From contig CAZHPE010000004.1 of assembly GCA_964534775.1 (NCBI GenBank), positions 1 to 36,767 of the forward strand: a stretch of 36,767 nt of DNA, written 5' to 3'. Shown here one piece after another: positions 17,029 to 27,042 of this stretch (positions are counted from its first letter, which is position 1; the number at the start of each line of letters is the position of its first letter). This DNA comes from an uncultured candidatus Brocadiaceae bacterium. Its GTDB lineage: Bacteria; Planctomycetota; Brocadiia; SM23-32. A model generated the notes under the pieces. The model did no database searches and was not told where the DNA came from. It was given only the letters and a program-made list of their open reading frames with translations. The position numbers and the translations under genes were made by a program.

Positions 17029-17670
17029 ATGGATATCCCGACCCTTGAGGCGGTGCTCCGTGATGAGCGCGGCAGCCATGCCCCCCGCCGGCTACGCAGG
17101 CAGGGGATGGTCCCTGCGATCCTTTACGGCCGGGGCGAACCCAACGTTGTGATCACCGTGCAGCGCAAGGCGATTGAGAAGTTACTCCACGAGCACCACT
17201 TCGTCATGAACTTGGAGTGCGAAGACTTGGCCAGCCCGGCCCAGCTCAAGGAAGTCCAGTACGACGCGCTGGGCGAGGAGGTCATCCATGCGGACTTCGG
17301 ACGCATTTCGCTCACCGAGGCCCTGCACGTGACCGTGCCGATTGAATTGCATGGCGAGCCGGAGGGCGTCAAGGAGGGCGGCGTGCTGGAAGTGATCCTG
17401 CACGAGGTCTCAGTGGAGTGCCTGCCCACCAACGTCCCGGAAAACATCCGCGTTGAGGTGGCGAATCTGAAGGTGGGCGACGGCTTGCGCGTGCGAGACA
17501 TCCCGGTGTCCGAGGGCGTGAGCATCCTTGCGGAGCCGGATGCCGTGGTGGTGGTGATCACTGCCCCGCCTGAGGTTGTGGAAGAGGAGGCCGAAGAGGC
17601 CGGGATGGCGGAGCCAGAGGTGATCGGTAAGCCCGAGGGGGAAGATGAGGGGGCCGGTGAAGAGGCATAG
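17029..17670 (+). CDS. rplY: 50S ribosomal protein L25/general stress protein Ctc, with acidic C-terminal tail
   Basis: ATG 17029 within ORF 16882..17670. Motifs are RRLRRQGMVPAILYG, LKEVQYDALGEEVIHADF and a second beta-barrel domain. Confidence 0.92.
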   Translation: MDIPTLEAVLRDERGSHAPRRLRRQGMVPAILYGRGEPNVVITVQRKAIEKLLHEHHFVMNLECEDLASPAQLKEVQYDALGEEVIHADFGRISLTEALHVTVPIELHGEPEGVKEGGVLEVILHEVSVECLPTNVPENIRVEVANLKVGDGLRVRDIPVSEGVSILAEPDAVVVVITAPPEVVEEEAEEAGMAEPEVIGKPEGEDEGAGEEA

Positions 17671-17784
17671 AGACAACGCAGGCCGGCTGCAAGCCTGCCT
17701 AATGCCGGAACCTCGCCGCCTAGTCGGCGCTGAGGCTCATAGCCGCTGCGGTCAACAGCCCTCACGCCGGGGAAGGATGAACCT

Positions 17785-18363
17785 GTGAAGTACGTCGTCG
17801 GCCTCGGCAATCCGGGCAAGAAGTACTCCCACACGCGCCACAATATGGGCTGGATGGTCCTCCAGCGAATCGCGGCGCGCCTCCACATAAAAGGGGATCA
17901 GGGGCGCTGGCACGGGCGCGTTGCGGTTTCGGACGAGTTGGTTCTGCTGAAGCCGACCACCTACGTGAACCGAAGCGGCCGCGCGGTGGCTGCGCTGCTC
18001 GAAGAAACAGGTGCGGCGCCGGAAGAGAGCCTGATCGTGGTGGATGACTTCAACCTGGAGTTGGGCCACTTGCGCCTGCGCCGACAGGGATCAAGCGGCG
18101 GGCATCGCGGGCTGGAGTCCGTTGCTAAGTGGCTGGGCACGGAGGCGTTTCCCCGGCTAAGGGTGGGCGTGGGCCCGTGCTTGCCGGAGGTCGCCCCGCG
18201 TGTCTACGTACTCGAGGCATTCGCACCGGAAGAGAGTCCGCTGGCCACGAGTGCGATTAACCAAGCGGCACAGGCCGTCTTATGCTGGCAGGGCGAGGGA
18301 ATTGAGAAGGCGATGAATCGCTACAATGGTTCGATGGAGCCCTCGGACGCGCTGAGCACGTGA
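17785..18363 (+). CDS. pth: Peptidyl-tRNA hydrolase
   Basis: YVVGLGNPGKKYSHTRHNMGW...YVNRSGRAV...DDFNLELGHLRLRRQGSSGGHRGLES. Confidence 0.95.
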   Translation: MKYVVGLGNPGKKYSHTRHNMGWMVLQRIAARLHIKGDQGRWHGRVAVSDELVLLKPTTYVNRSGRAVAALLEETGAAPEESLIVVDDFNLELGHLRLRRQGSSGGHRGLESVAKWLGTEAFPRLRVGVGPCLPEVAPRVYVLEAFAPEESPLATSAINQAAQAVLCWQGEGIEKAMNRYNGSMEPSDALST

Positions 18364-18395
18364 CGGGGCGCCGGAGCCATTTTGGAGGAGAGGCA

Positions 18396-18866
18396 TTGGA
18401 ATCGAGGCTCTATGAGGGCATGTTCCTGGTCGATGCGGCCAAGGGAGGTGAGGATTTCCCGGCAATCATACAGCACATCACGGGCCTTCTCGGCCGCAAC
18501 GGTGCCGAGCCGGAACGCATCGAAAAGTGGGCCGAGAACAGGCTCGCCTACAAGATAAGGCTGGTGGAGCGGGGAATCTACGTGCTGATCTACTTCCGGG
18601 GCGACCCGGAGCAGATCGACGCGTTGCGCCGAGACGCTACACTGTCGGAGGACATCCTGCGCCTGCTCATCCTGAGGGCGGAGGCAATGCCCTCACCGCG
18701 AGGGCCGCTCTTCACGGCCGATGGCGAGGCCATCCCAGTCGAGGATGAGCCAGCTCCGGCCGAAGAGGCGGAAGAGGCCGCCGCGGCCGAAGAAGCGCCT
18801 GCTCCCCCGGAGTCCGCTGGCGAGACCACCGAGGCCCCGACCGCAGAGGCACCCGCTGAAAGCTGA
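18396..18866 (+). CDS. rpsF: 30S ribosomal protein S6 with acidic/Ala-Pro tail
   Basis: This is ORF 18360..18866. GGAGGAGAGG lies upstream of TTG 18396. Translation is (M)ESRLYEGMFLV...RLAYKIRLVERGIYVLIYF. Confidence 0.9.
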   Translation: MESRLYEGMFLVDAAKGGEDFPAIIQHITGLLGRNGAEPERIEKWAENRLAYKIRLVERGIYVLIYFRGDPEQIDALRRDATLSEDILRLLILRAEAMPSPRGPLFTADGEAIPVEDEPAPAEEAEEAAAAEEAPAPPESAGETTEAPTAEAPAES

Positions 18867-18938
18867 CATTGAAGGACCACGTTTGGCGAGTCCGCGTGTT
18901 GCCACCGCGCCTCGGAGGAAAGACGGGAGACATGACCC

Positions 18939-19451
18939 ATGGCAAACCTGAACAAGGTCTTCCTGCTAGGCAATCTGACGCGTGACCCGCAGTTGCGCTA
19001 CACCCCCAGCGGTACGCCTATCTGTGAGTTCGGAGTCGCCGTGAACCGGCGCTTCAAGACCAAGGAGGGCGAGCAGCGCGACGAGACCTGCTTTGTCGAC
19101 GTCGCCGCGTGGGGACGAACGGGCGAAGTCATCAGCGAGTACTTCAGCAAGGGCAAGCCTATACTTGTCGAAGGGCGGCTCAAGTTTGACTCCTGGGAGA
19201 CCCCGGACGGCCGCCGCAGCAAGTTGAGCGTCGTTGCGGAGAACTTCCAGTTTATAGGCGGACGGGATGACCGGGAGGATTCTTCAGCGCACCCCGGCCG
19301 GCGTGCGGAGGGCGGGCGCCCGCGGGGCGAGAGGCCCAGTGGCCGGCGCGACCCCGCGCAAGGTGCCTCGAGGCAGGAGCAGGCCCCCGACGAGCCGAAG
19401 GAGCCTGAACAGGAAGGACTCGACGTTTCGGACGACGAAATCCCGTTCTGA
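18939..19451 (+). CDS. ssb: Single-stranded DNA-binding protein
   Basis: MANLNKVFLLGNLTRDPQLRYTPSG (OB fold), a Gly/Arg/Pro-rich linker and the C-terminal acidic tip DDEIPF. Confidence 0.95.
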   Translation: MANLNKVFLLGNLTRDPQLRYTPSGTPICEFGVAVNRRFKTKEGEQRDETCFVDVAAWGRTGEVISEYFSKGKPILVEGRLKFDSWETPDGRRSKLSVVAENFQFIGGRDDREDSSAHPGRRAEGGRPRGERPSGRRDPAQGASRQEQAPDEPKEPEQEGLDVSDDEIPF

Positions 19452-19540
19452 AGCACCCGTGCCCCGAATGGGTGTTGCGGGAAGCAAAGCGTCTGGTATA
19501 GCGAAGAGTTCGCGGCTGTGATAGCGAGAGGGAAATAGCG

Positions 19541-20011
19541 ATGCAGATTGTGCTGCGCGAGAACGTAAAGGATCTGGGGCAGGCGGGGGACGTGGTCGAG
19601 GTGGCGGAGGGCTATGCGCGCAATTACCTCTTGCCCAAGAGGTTGGCCATGAAGCTCGCCCAGGCCAACATGGCGGCCATCGAACGGGGTCGAGAGGCTC
19701 GGCGCCAGCGGGAGATGGATGAACTGGACCGGGTGAAGGCCGAGGCCGAGAAGCTCGCGGGCTTCTTGTGCTATATTGAGGCTCGCGCCACTGAGACGGG
19801 CCACCTGTTCGGCTCGGTCGGGCCGGAGCAGGTGGCGCAGACGCTGGTCGAGAGCGGCTTCGAGACGCTGCGGCCAGCCAGCGTGGACATGCCGCAGCAC
19901 ATCGAGGAGTTGGGGGACTACGAGGTGGAACTGATGCTGCACCCCGAGGTCCGCGTCGGCATAACCGTCCGCGTGGCGCCACCGGGCGAGGAGGAGACGG
20001 AGGAGGAGTAG
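19541..20011 (+). CDS. rplI: 50S ribosomal protein L9
   Basis: MQIVLRENVKDLGQAGDVVEVAEGYARNYLLPKRLA. Confidence 0.95.
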   Translation: MQIVLRENVKDLGQAGDVVEVAEGYARNYLLPKRLAMKLAQANMAAIERGREARRQREMDELDRVKAEAEKLAGFLCYIEARATETGHLFGSVGPEQVAQTLVESGFETLRPASVDMPQHIEELGDYEVELMLHPEVRVGITVRVAPPGEEETEEE

Positions 20012-20078
20012 TTCGCATCGCGGACTTACGCCGCGCAGGAACCCGCCCCGCCTTCCGATAGCGGCGGGAGGAGCGAAG

Positions 20079-21464
20079 ATGGCCCACGATGCCGTATCAC
20101 CCCGCGTCCTGCCGCACGACACGCAGGCGGAGATGGGCGTGCTGGGCTCGATGATGCTCACCCCGGAAGCCGCCCACCTGGCCAGCGAGAGGCTTACGCG
20201 GGGGAGCTTCTACACGCTGTCCCACCAGGAAATCTTCGAGGCGCTCGCGAATTTGTTTGACGAGCGCAACACCATAGACATCATCCTGCTGCGCCAGGAG
20301 CTGAAGCAGCGCGAGAAGCTCGAACAGGTCGGGGGGGCGCGCTATCTGACCGAACTGATGGAAGCCGTTCCCACCAGCGCCAACGCCGAGCACTACGTCG
20401 ACATCGTCCGCAACAACGCCGTGCGCCGTCAGCTCATAGAGACCGCCACCGGCGTCGTCAAGGCCTCCTACGAGGACGGGCAGGACATCGACGATCTGCT
20501 GGACGGCGCCGAATCCGAAATCCTGGCCGTTCGCAACACCGGGCAGTCCGCGCAGTTGAAGTCAATGGGCGATCTGCTCAAGTGGGTCGTGGCCTACACC
20601 GACCAGCTCCACCAGCACCCAGGGCAGCTCAGCGGATTGGCCACGGGCTTCACCGATCTGAACGAGATCACTAACGGGCTTCAGCCGGGGGAGCTGGTCG
20701 TCGTCGCCGCCCGCCCCAGCGTGGGAAAGACGACGCTGGCGCTGAACATCCTGCACTACGTCTGCATGGTCGAGCGCCGGCCGGCGGCGCTGTTCACGCT
20801 CGAGATGGGGGCCGAGCAGATCGTGAGCAACTTCCTATGCATGCACCTGCGGCTGGACACGCAGAGGTTCCGCAGGGGCGACCTCAAGGACAGCGAGTGG
20901 CGGGATATAGAAGACTCGGTCCATGACATGGTCGAGCTTCCGCTGTTCATCGACGACACCCCGGCGCTTCGCCTGAGCGACCTGCGGGCCCGCGCGCGTC
21001 GAATGCATCATCAGCACGGCGTTGAGCTCATCGTCGTGGACTACATGCAGCTCGTGCGGCCCACACGGGGACGGGACAACCGCGCCACGGAGGTTGCGGA
21101 GATTAGCGCCGGCCTGAAGGCGCTGGCGCGCGAGCTGGAGGTGCCGCTGCTGGCGGTTGCGCAGCTCAACCGCTCCGTTGACAAGGAGTCGCGCCAGCCG
21201 CGCATGAGCGACCTGCGCGAGAGCGGCGCCATCGAGCAGGACGCCGACGTCATCATGCTCCTGCACCGGGACGACTACGGCGCGGAGCCGGATAATGAGG
21301 CCGGCGAGGACCAGCCGGGAGTGCCAAGGGACTCAAAGGGCGTTCCGGGTTCCCTGGCCGACGTGATCATCGCCAAACAGAGAAACGGCCCGACGGGCAC
21401 CTGCCCCCTGGTCTTCTGGAAGCGCTGTCTCCGATTCGAAGCCCGATCCACCGCTACCAGGTGA
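20079..21464 (+). CDS. dnaB: Replicative DNA helicase DnaB
   Basis: LPHDTQAEMGVLGSMML, Walker A ARPSVGKTT, and LIVVDYMQL...ISAGLKALARELEVPLLAVAQLNR. Confidence 0.95.
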   Translation: MAHDAVSPRVLPHDTQAEMGVLGSMMLTPEAAHLASERLTRGSFYTLSHQEIFEALANLFDERNTIDIILLRQELKQREKLEQVGGARYLTELMEAVPTSANAEHYVDIVRNNAVRRQLIETATGVVKASYEDGQDIDDLLDGAESEILAVRNTGQSAQLKSMGDLLKWVVAYTDQLHQHPGQLSGLATGFTDLNEITNGLQPGELVVVAARPSVGKTTLALNILHYVCMVERRPAALFTLEMGAEQIVSNFLCMHLRLDTQRFRRGDLKDSEWRDIEDSVHDMVELPLFIDDTPALRLSDLRARARRMHHQHGVELIVVDYMQLVRPTRGRDNRATEVAEISAGLKALARELEVPLLAVAQLNRSVDKESRQPRMSDLRESGAIEQDADVIMLLHRDDYGAEPDNEAGEDQPGVPRDSKGVPGSLADVIIAKQRNGPTGTCPLVFWKRCLRFEARSTATR

Positions 21465-21470
21465 GGACGC

Positions 21471-23897
21471 GTGAGCACTAAATGGATTTCCGCCGGCCGG
21501 TTGCACACTTGGCGCGGCGGATGGAGCATCCAGGCCGTTCTCGGCATCGTGGTTTCGTGTGCGCTCATCCTCTGCCTGCCCGCCGCGGGCCAGGAAGCGT
21601 CCGTTGAGGGCGTTCCAATCGTCAGGAAGATCACCGTCACCGGTACCTATCTGGTCCAGGACCAGTTGGTGCGCAACCTGCTCAACATCCAGGTCGGCAA
21701 GCCTCTGGACCGCGAAGCCCTGCGATCCTCCCTTGACAAGATCAAGGGCCTCGGCCTTTTCAGCGAGGCGACGGCCACCACGTCCCTGGAAGGGGGCGGC
21801 GTGGAGGTGCGGGTGGAGGTCGAGGAGCAACTCAGGGCGACGACGGTGGGCTTCCGCGGCAACAAGCGCATCAGCTCGCGCCGGCTCCTGGAGCTGGTCG
21901 CCATCGGGCCGGGCGATTCGGTAACTCCCGCCCGCGTCGGGGCGGCGGAGGAAAAGATCACCGATGCCTACCTGAAGGCGGGCTACCCGCTAGTCTCGGT
22001 GGTCACCTACGTGCAGGCCGCCGAGGCCGGGGCCGCCCCGCTCACCTTCGACATCGTCGAAGGCCCCGAGGCTTACATCCGGCGGATAGAGGTCAACGGC
22101 AACGCGGCCCTCAGCGCCGACCGGATCAGGAAACTCATGAAGAGCCGTCCACGCCGTTGGCCGGGGTTCCTGTGGCCCGGGCGGTTCAGCCCCGGGAAGT
22201 TCAGTAGAGACCTGGACGAGATCGCGAATAGTTACTACCAGGCCGGCCACCTGGACGTGAAAGTCGCGGGGTATCTGTCCTACAGCGAGGACTTCCGCAC
22301 GATCACGCTCAACGTCACCGTGTATGAAGGGCCAGTGTACATCGTGATGGGGGTCGAGTTCGAAGGCAATCTCCTGTTCACGGATGACGAGCTCCGGGAC
22401 GCCATTCCGGTGAAGGCGGGCGAGCTGTTTTCCAAAGGCCGCCTGGCCGGCGCCGAAATGATCATCGCCGACATGTACGGGCGCCAGGGCCACGTGGATG
22501 TCGGCGCACCGGGCGAGGAAAGCCTGAGTGCCGACTGGTCCCTCGCGGAGACGGGCCACTCGGTCCTGGTGCGCTTCCGCATAGAGGAGGGGCTGTTGGT
22601 CAGGATTCGGCGCGTGCGGATCGAGGGCCTGACGAAGACCGGCGACCTCGTGGTGCGGCGGGAGGTGAGCATCTATCCGGGCGACCGGGCGCGCACGGAC
22701 AAGCTCGCGGAGAGCGAACGGCAGCTGCGCAACACGGGTTACTTCGACCCCCATGACCCGAACGCGGTGCGCATTACGCTCGAGCCCGATGTGGGCGCGT
22801 TGCGAGACGCCGTGGTCAGGGTCAACGAGGGCCAGACCGGGCTGCTGATGCTCGGCGCGGGCGTGAGCAGCGATGCGGGGATCCTGGGCCAGATCATGAT
22901 AAGAGAGGATAATTTCGACATCATGAACTGGCCCCGGAGTTGGCGCGACCTGTTCAGCGGCAACGCGCTGCGGGGCGCGGGGCAGAGGCTGACCATGGAG
23001 ATCGCCCTTGGCACGGAGCGGAGCACGTATGTCCTCGCGCTCGAGGACCCGTCCATCCACCACGGCCCCTACGGTCTGGGAGGGCAAATATACCGGCGAG
23101 GCGTCCAATGGGATGAGTTCGACGTCACCCGCACCGGCCTGGCTGTTAAGCTCACGAAGATGTTCACGCGCTACGTCCGGGGCGAGTTGAGGGCGGGTTA
23201 CGAAGGGATCACGATGGATGATCTGAGCGGCAGCGCTTCGCCCGCCATCGTTCGCGACAAGGGCAACTACAGCAAGGCCTTCGTCGCCGCCAGCTACATC
23301 GTCGACCGGCGAGACAGCCGATTCATCCCAACCACGGGCTATCGCGCGAAGCTGGAGGCCGAGTTGGCCACCCTGGACATCAACACCCTCAAGCTCACCG
23401 GTAGTGTCAAGAAGTACTGGACCGTCTGGCAACCGGAGGGCTGGGGCAAGCACATTCTGAGTGCCAGGGTCGGGGCGGGCCTGCTCTGGGGCTACAGCGG
23501 CGACCGGAGCCCGGTCTTCGAGCGGTTCTACGCCGACGGGGCGGACTCGATCCGGGGGTTCGCACTGTGGGGCATCTCCCCGGTGGAACCCACGAGGGAG
23601 CAGCAAGTGGGCGGAGACTCGAGGCTGATTGGCTCACTTGAATACAGTGTCCCGGTGTCGGGGGACCGGCTGCGGTTGGCGGCGTTCGTCGACGGTGGAT
23701 ATGTGGCAGAGGATGCCTCCGACATCCTGACAGGATGGGACGAGCTGCGGGCCGCCGTCGGCGTGGGAGCGCGGTGGCAAATCCCGTTCCTGGCCAACAC
23801 GCTGCTGTCCGTGGACGTCGCGTTCCCGGTCAAGCACGAGAGCTTCGACGACACGCAGCCCGTCACCTTCTCCTTCGGCACGCGCCGTGAGTTCTGA
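21471..23897 (+). CDS. bamA: Outer-membrane protein assembly factor BamA (Omp85/D15)
   Basis: 808 aa with a signal peptide, POTRA repeats (I..I.V.GN....D..IR) and a C-terminal beta-barrel ending FSFGTRREF. The GTG 21471 start is uncertain. Confidence 0.9.
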   Translation: MSTKWISAGRLHTWRGGWSIQAVLGIVVSCALILCLPAAGQEASVEGVPIVRKITVTGTYLVQDQLVRNLLNIQVGKPLDREALRSSLDKIKGLGLFSEATATTSLEGGGVEVRVEVEEQLRATTVGFRGNKRISSRRLLELVAIGPGDSVTPARVGAAEEKITDAYLKAGYPLVSVVTYVQAAEAGAAPLTFDIVEGPEAYIRRIEVNGNAALSADRIRKLMKSRPRRWPGFLWPGRFSPGKFSRDLDEIANSYYQAGHLDVKVAGYLSYSEDFRTITLNVTVYEGPVYIVMGVEFEGNLLFTDDELRDAIPVKAGELFSKGRLAGAEMIIADMYGRQGHVDVGAPGEESLSADWSLAETGHSVLVRFRIEEGLLVRIRRVRIEGLTKTGDLVVRREVSIYPGDRARTDKLAESERQLRNTGYFDPHDPNAVRITLEPDVGALRDAVVRVNEGQTGLLMLGAGVSSDAGILGQIMIREDNFDIMNWPRSWRDLFSGNALRGAGQRLTMEIALGTERSTYVLALEDPSIHHGPYGLGGQIYRRGVQWDEFDVTRTGLAVKLTKMFTRYVRGELRAGYEGITMDDLSGSASPAIVRDKGNYSKAFVAASYIVDRRDSRFIPTTGYRAKLEAELATLDINTLKLTGSVKKYWTVWQPEGWGKHILSARVGAGLLWGYSGDRSPVFERFYADGADSIRGFALWGISPVEPTREQQVGGDSRLIGSLEYSVPVSGDRLRLAAFVDGGYVAEDASDILTGWDELRAAVGVGARWQIPFLANTLLSVDVAFPVKHESFDDTQPVTFSFGTRREF

Positions 23898-24149
23898 CTG
23901 CCCCTCTTGCTCGCAATTACGTCCATGGGCGCTGGCTGTGATCGGGCTGTGCGCGCTCAGGCGAGGCCAATCCACTGGAAGCCCGCGGCCGTTGGCCGTA
24001 AGCTATTCGGGCAGGCAGAAGGCATTTCTCACCGCTCGCCCTGCCGCCACTTGTGCGGGGTGCAGCGAACTCCGGGCCGGCTGCGTCAGAGCGGCGGTTG
24101 AGCGGTCAGGACTGCCGCAGCTAAGATACAGACGGGAGGTAAGGACTCG

Positions 24150-24803
24150 ATGAAGGCTAATGGCGAAAAGTCTGTAGCGATGGGCCGGAAGGTTCTCGTG
24201 GGCGCAGTGCTGCCCACGCTGTTGCTGGGCGCATTGGCGGTGCTCTCCTTTGCCCAAGGCGATGGGGCCCCGCCGGCCGCACCGCCTGCGGCCCCGCTCA
24301 AGCTCGTGGTGGCGGATCTGGACGAGGTTTTCAACCAGAGCGCAGAGTGGAAAGACTACGAGGAGGAGGCCCGAAGGATCATGGAGCAGATGCGCCGGGT
24401 CCGCGAGCGATATGACCGCCTGCTCGGCATCCTGAAAACCGAGTACGACAACCTGCCACCCGGAGCTGCGCGGGACAAGAAACGAACCGCCATCGAGGCC
24501 GCGGTGCAGGATGGACAAAAAGCCTATGCCGAGAAGCAGGACTTACTCCTGAAACACCGGAGGGAATCACTGGACGGGATGTTCAACAAGATCCACAAGG
24601 TCATCAATGAATACGCCGAGGAAAACGGCGTCGACCTTGTGCTGAAGAAACAGGACCTGAGCGTTTCGGCAAACCAGCCGCTGGAGATGGACCTGATCCT
24701 AGCCACGGCGCACGTGCTCTACGCGAGGGACGAATTCGACGTTACGGCCGAGGTGGTCCGAAGGCTCAACGCGGACTACCCGAGAGAGATCCGGGACAGG
24801 TAA
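24150..24803 (+). CDS. skp: OmpH/Skp-family periplasmic chaperone
   Basis: Signal peptide, then a coiled-coil-rich region: LKLVVADLDEVFNQSAEWKDYEEEARRIMEQ... It sits immediately downstream of bamA. Confidence 0.8.
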   Translation: MKANGEKSVAMGRKVLVGAVLPTLLLGALAVLSFAQGDGAPPAAPPAAPLKLVVADLDEVFNQSAEWKDYEEEARRIMEQMRRVRERYDRLLGILKTEYDNLPPGAARDKKRTAIEAAVQDGQKAYAEKQDLLLKHRRESLDGMFNKIHKVINEYAEENGVDLVLKKQDLSVSANQPLEMDLILATAHVLYARDEFDVTAEVVRRLNADYPREIRDR

Positions 24804-24805
24804 CT

Positions 24806-26122
24806 GTGCCAAGGCATCAGCAGACGATAGCGAACGCAGCGGAGGTGAACGGCCGGGGGCTGTTCTCGGGCGCGGAAGTCCAAGTGCGCCTCTGCCCGGC
24901 CGAGGCCAACACGGGCATACTGTTCGTGCGCATGGACCTGCCGGACAGGCCCGTGGTGCCTTGCACGGCGGAATGCCTCGGGACGGCGTTTCGCGCGACG
25001 CTGCTGCGCCGTGACGACCTGGAGATCCACAGCATCGAACATTTGCTCAGCGCCTGCGTCGGCTTGGGGGTGGACAACCTGGTGGTGGAGCTGGATGCAG
25101 AGGAGGTGCCGGCCGCAGGCGGGTGCCCGTTCGAGTTCGCCCAGGCCATGCTGGAAGCCGGCATCGAGGAGCAGAGCGCCGAAAAGACCTTCCTGAAGAT
25201 ACAGGAGCCGCTGGCGGTCTCCGAGGGCGAATCCAGCATCACGGGAATGCCGAGCGAGGAAGGGCTGACGGTGAGCTGCGTTCTGGAGTTCGACCACGCA
25301 GACCTGTCGGCCCAGGTCTTCACCGCCCGCATTGACCCGGACACTTACATGCGGGACATCGCCCCGGCGCGCACCTTCGCGTTCGAGCTTGCCTACGAGG
25401 AGTTCGCCGAACGAGGATTCGGCGGCGGGGTGACGGATGAGAACGCGCTGGTGATCTTCCGGGACGGATCGGTTAGAAAGCCGCTGAGCCGGGAGGACGC
25501 CGAACTCAGGTTCGCCAACGAGTTCGCCCGCCACAAGGTTGCCGACCTCCTGGGCGACCTGGCCCCGGCCGGCGTGGGTCTGGAAGGCAAGATCGTGGCC
25601 GTTCGGACCGGCCATCGGCTGAACGCGGCGGTCGTCAACGCCCTGTGCCGCATACTTAAGGCGGAGGGGGCCCCGGAGCCGTACCTCGACATCCGCGAGA
25701 TACGGCGCATACTGCCCCACCGCTATCCCTTCCTCCTCGTGGACCGCATCCTGAGGGTGGAAGAGGAAGGCAAGAAGATCACGGGCTTGAAGAACGTCTC
25801 GTTCAACGAGCACTTTTTCCAGGGCCATCTGCCGGGCTACCCGGTCATGCCGGGTGTGCTGCAACTAGAGGCCCTGGCGCAGGTAGCGGGCGTGCTGCTG
25901 CTGCGCACGCTGGAGCATACGGGCAAGGTCGCCCTGCTGGTGAGCATGGACGCAGTGAAGCTCAGGCGTCCGGTGATACCGGGTGATCAGTTGATTCTGG
26001 AGGCCGAGGCAGTGCGCGTGCGCTCCCGCAGCGCTCAGGTGAACGGGCGGGCCTCGGTGAACGGCGAAACCTCGTGCGAGGCGGAGATGAAGTTCATGAT
26101 GGTCGAAGCGGAAGACCTTTGA
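24806..26122 (+). CDS. lpxC/fabZ: Bifunctional UDP-3-O-acyl-GlcNAc deacetylase / 3-hydroxyacyl-ACP dehydratase (LpxC-FabZ fusion)
   Basis: The N-terminal half is LpxC-like (QQTIANAAEVNGRGLFSGAEVQVRLCPAEANTGILF, IEHLLSA, HKVADLLGDL). The C-terminal half is FabZ (ILPHRYPFLLVDRI...FFQGHLPGYPVMPGVLQLEALAQ). Confidence 0.92.
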   Translation: MPRHQQTIANAAEVNGRGLFSGAEVQVRLCPAEANTGILFVRMDLPDRPVVPCTAECLGTAFRATLLRRDDLEIHSIEHLLSACVGLGVDNLVVELDAEEVPAAGGCPFEFAQAMLEAGIEEQSAEKTFLKIQEPLAVSEGESSITGMPSEEGLTVSCVLEFDHADLSAQVFTARIDPDTYMRDIAPARTFAFELAYEEFAERGFGGGVTDENALVIFRDGSVRKPLSREDAELRFANEFARHKVADLLGDLAPAGVGLEGKIVAVRTGHRLNAAVVNALCRILKAEGAPEPYLDIREIRRILPHRYPFLLVDRILRVEEEGKKITGLKNVSFNEHFFQGHLPGYPVMPGVLQLEALAQVAGVLLLRTLEHTGKVALLVSMDAVKLRRPVIPGDQLILEAEAVRVRSRSAQVNGRASVNGETSCEAEMKFMMVEAEDL

Positions 26123-26159
26123 GGGCGCCAGCAAGGCGCCCGGCAAGGATGAGAAAGAG

Positions 26160-26963
26160 ATGAAGATGTATCCAACTGCCTCGGTGGAATCCGGAGCCCG
26201 GATCGGCGAGGATGTCGAGATCGGCCCGCAGGCCTACATCGGCCCGCACGTGGCCATAGGAAACGGCTGCAAGATAGGCCACGGGGCCCACATAGAGGGG
26301 CACACGTGCCTGGGCGAACGCAACAACGTCGGCCCCTACGTCATGCTCGGCACGCCTCCCCAGGACCTGAAGTACTGTGGTGAACCCACCGAACTTGTCA
26401 TCGGCGACGACAACGTGTTTCGCGAGTTCGCCACCATCAATGCGGGCACCGTCACGGGGCTCGGAGTGACCCGCATCGGCAGTCGCAACATGTTCATGAT
26501 CGGCTCGCACGTCGGCCATGACTGCGATGTGGAGGACGATGTGATCATGGTCAACGGCGTCGCCGTGGGAGGCCACTGCAAGATCGAAAGCGGCGCATGG
26601 ATCATGGGCGGAGCGGGCCTCGTGCAGTTCACGAGCGTGGGTAAACTCGCCTACGTGGCCGGCATGAGCGGCATAGAGGTCGACGTGCCGCCGTTCATGA
26701 TCATGGAGGGCCACCGGGCCAGCGTGCGGAAAGTCAACGAGGTCGGCCTCAGGCGCGGCGGTTACTCCGAGGAAGTCGTCCAGAACCTATGGGACGCATT
26801 CAGGAAGATATTCCGTGCAAAGCAACTCAATCGCGAGAAGATCTTCGACGAGATCGATGCCAGCGACTGGGCCTGCGAGGAGACCCTTTACCTCGTGCGT
26901 TTCATGCGCAGAAGCCTCCAGGGGCGTCTCGGCCGTTACCTGGAGTGCTTCAGGAAGGCGTGA
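26160..26963 (+). CDS. lpxA: Acyl-ACP--UDP-N-acetylglucosamine O-acyltransferase
   Basis: Left-handed beta-helix hexapeptide repeats, PPQDLKY, and a C-terminal helical domain (GLRRGGYSEE...). Confidence 0.92.
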   Translation: MKMYPTASVESGARIGEDVEIGPQAYIGPHVAIGNGCKIGHGAHIEGHTCLGERNNVGPYVMLGTPPQDLKYCGEPTELVIGDDNVFREFATINAGTVTGLGVTRIGSRNMFMIGSHVGHDCDVEDDVIMVNGVAVGGHCKIESGAWIMGGAGLVQFTSVGKLAYVAGMSGIEVDVPPFMIMEGHRASVRKVNEVGLRRGGYSEEVVQNLWDAFRKIFRAKQLNREKIFDEIDASDWACEETLYLVRFMRRSLQGRLGRYLECFRKA

Positions 26964-27042
26964 GTGGGCCCCCTGCGCCAGCCCGCCTTACCAACCAAAG
27001 CGGTTACATCGCAGGCCGCGCGCAGGAAGCAGGAGCATACAG

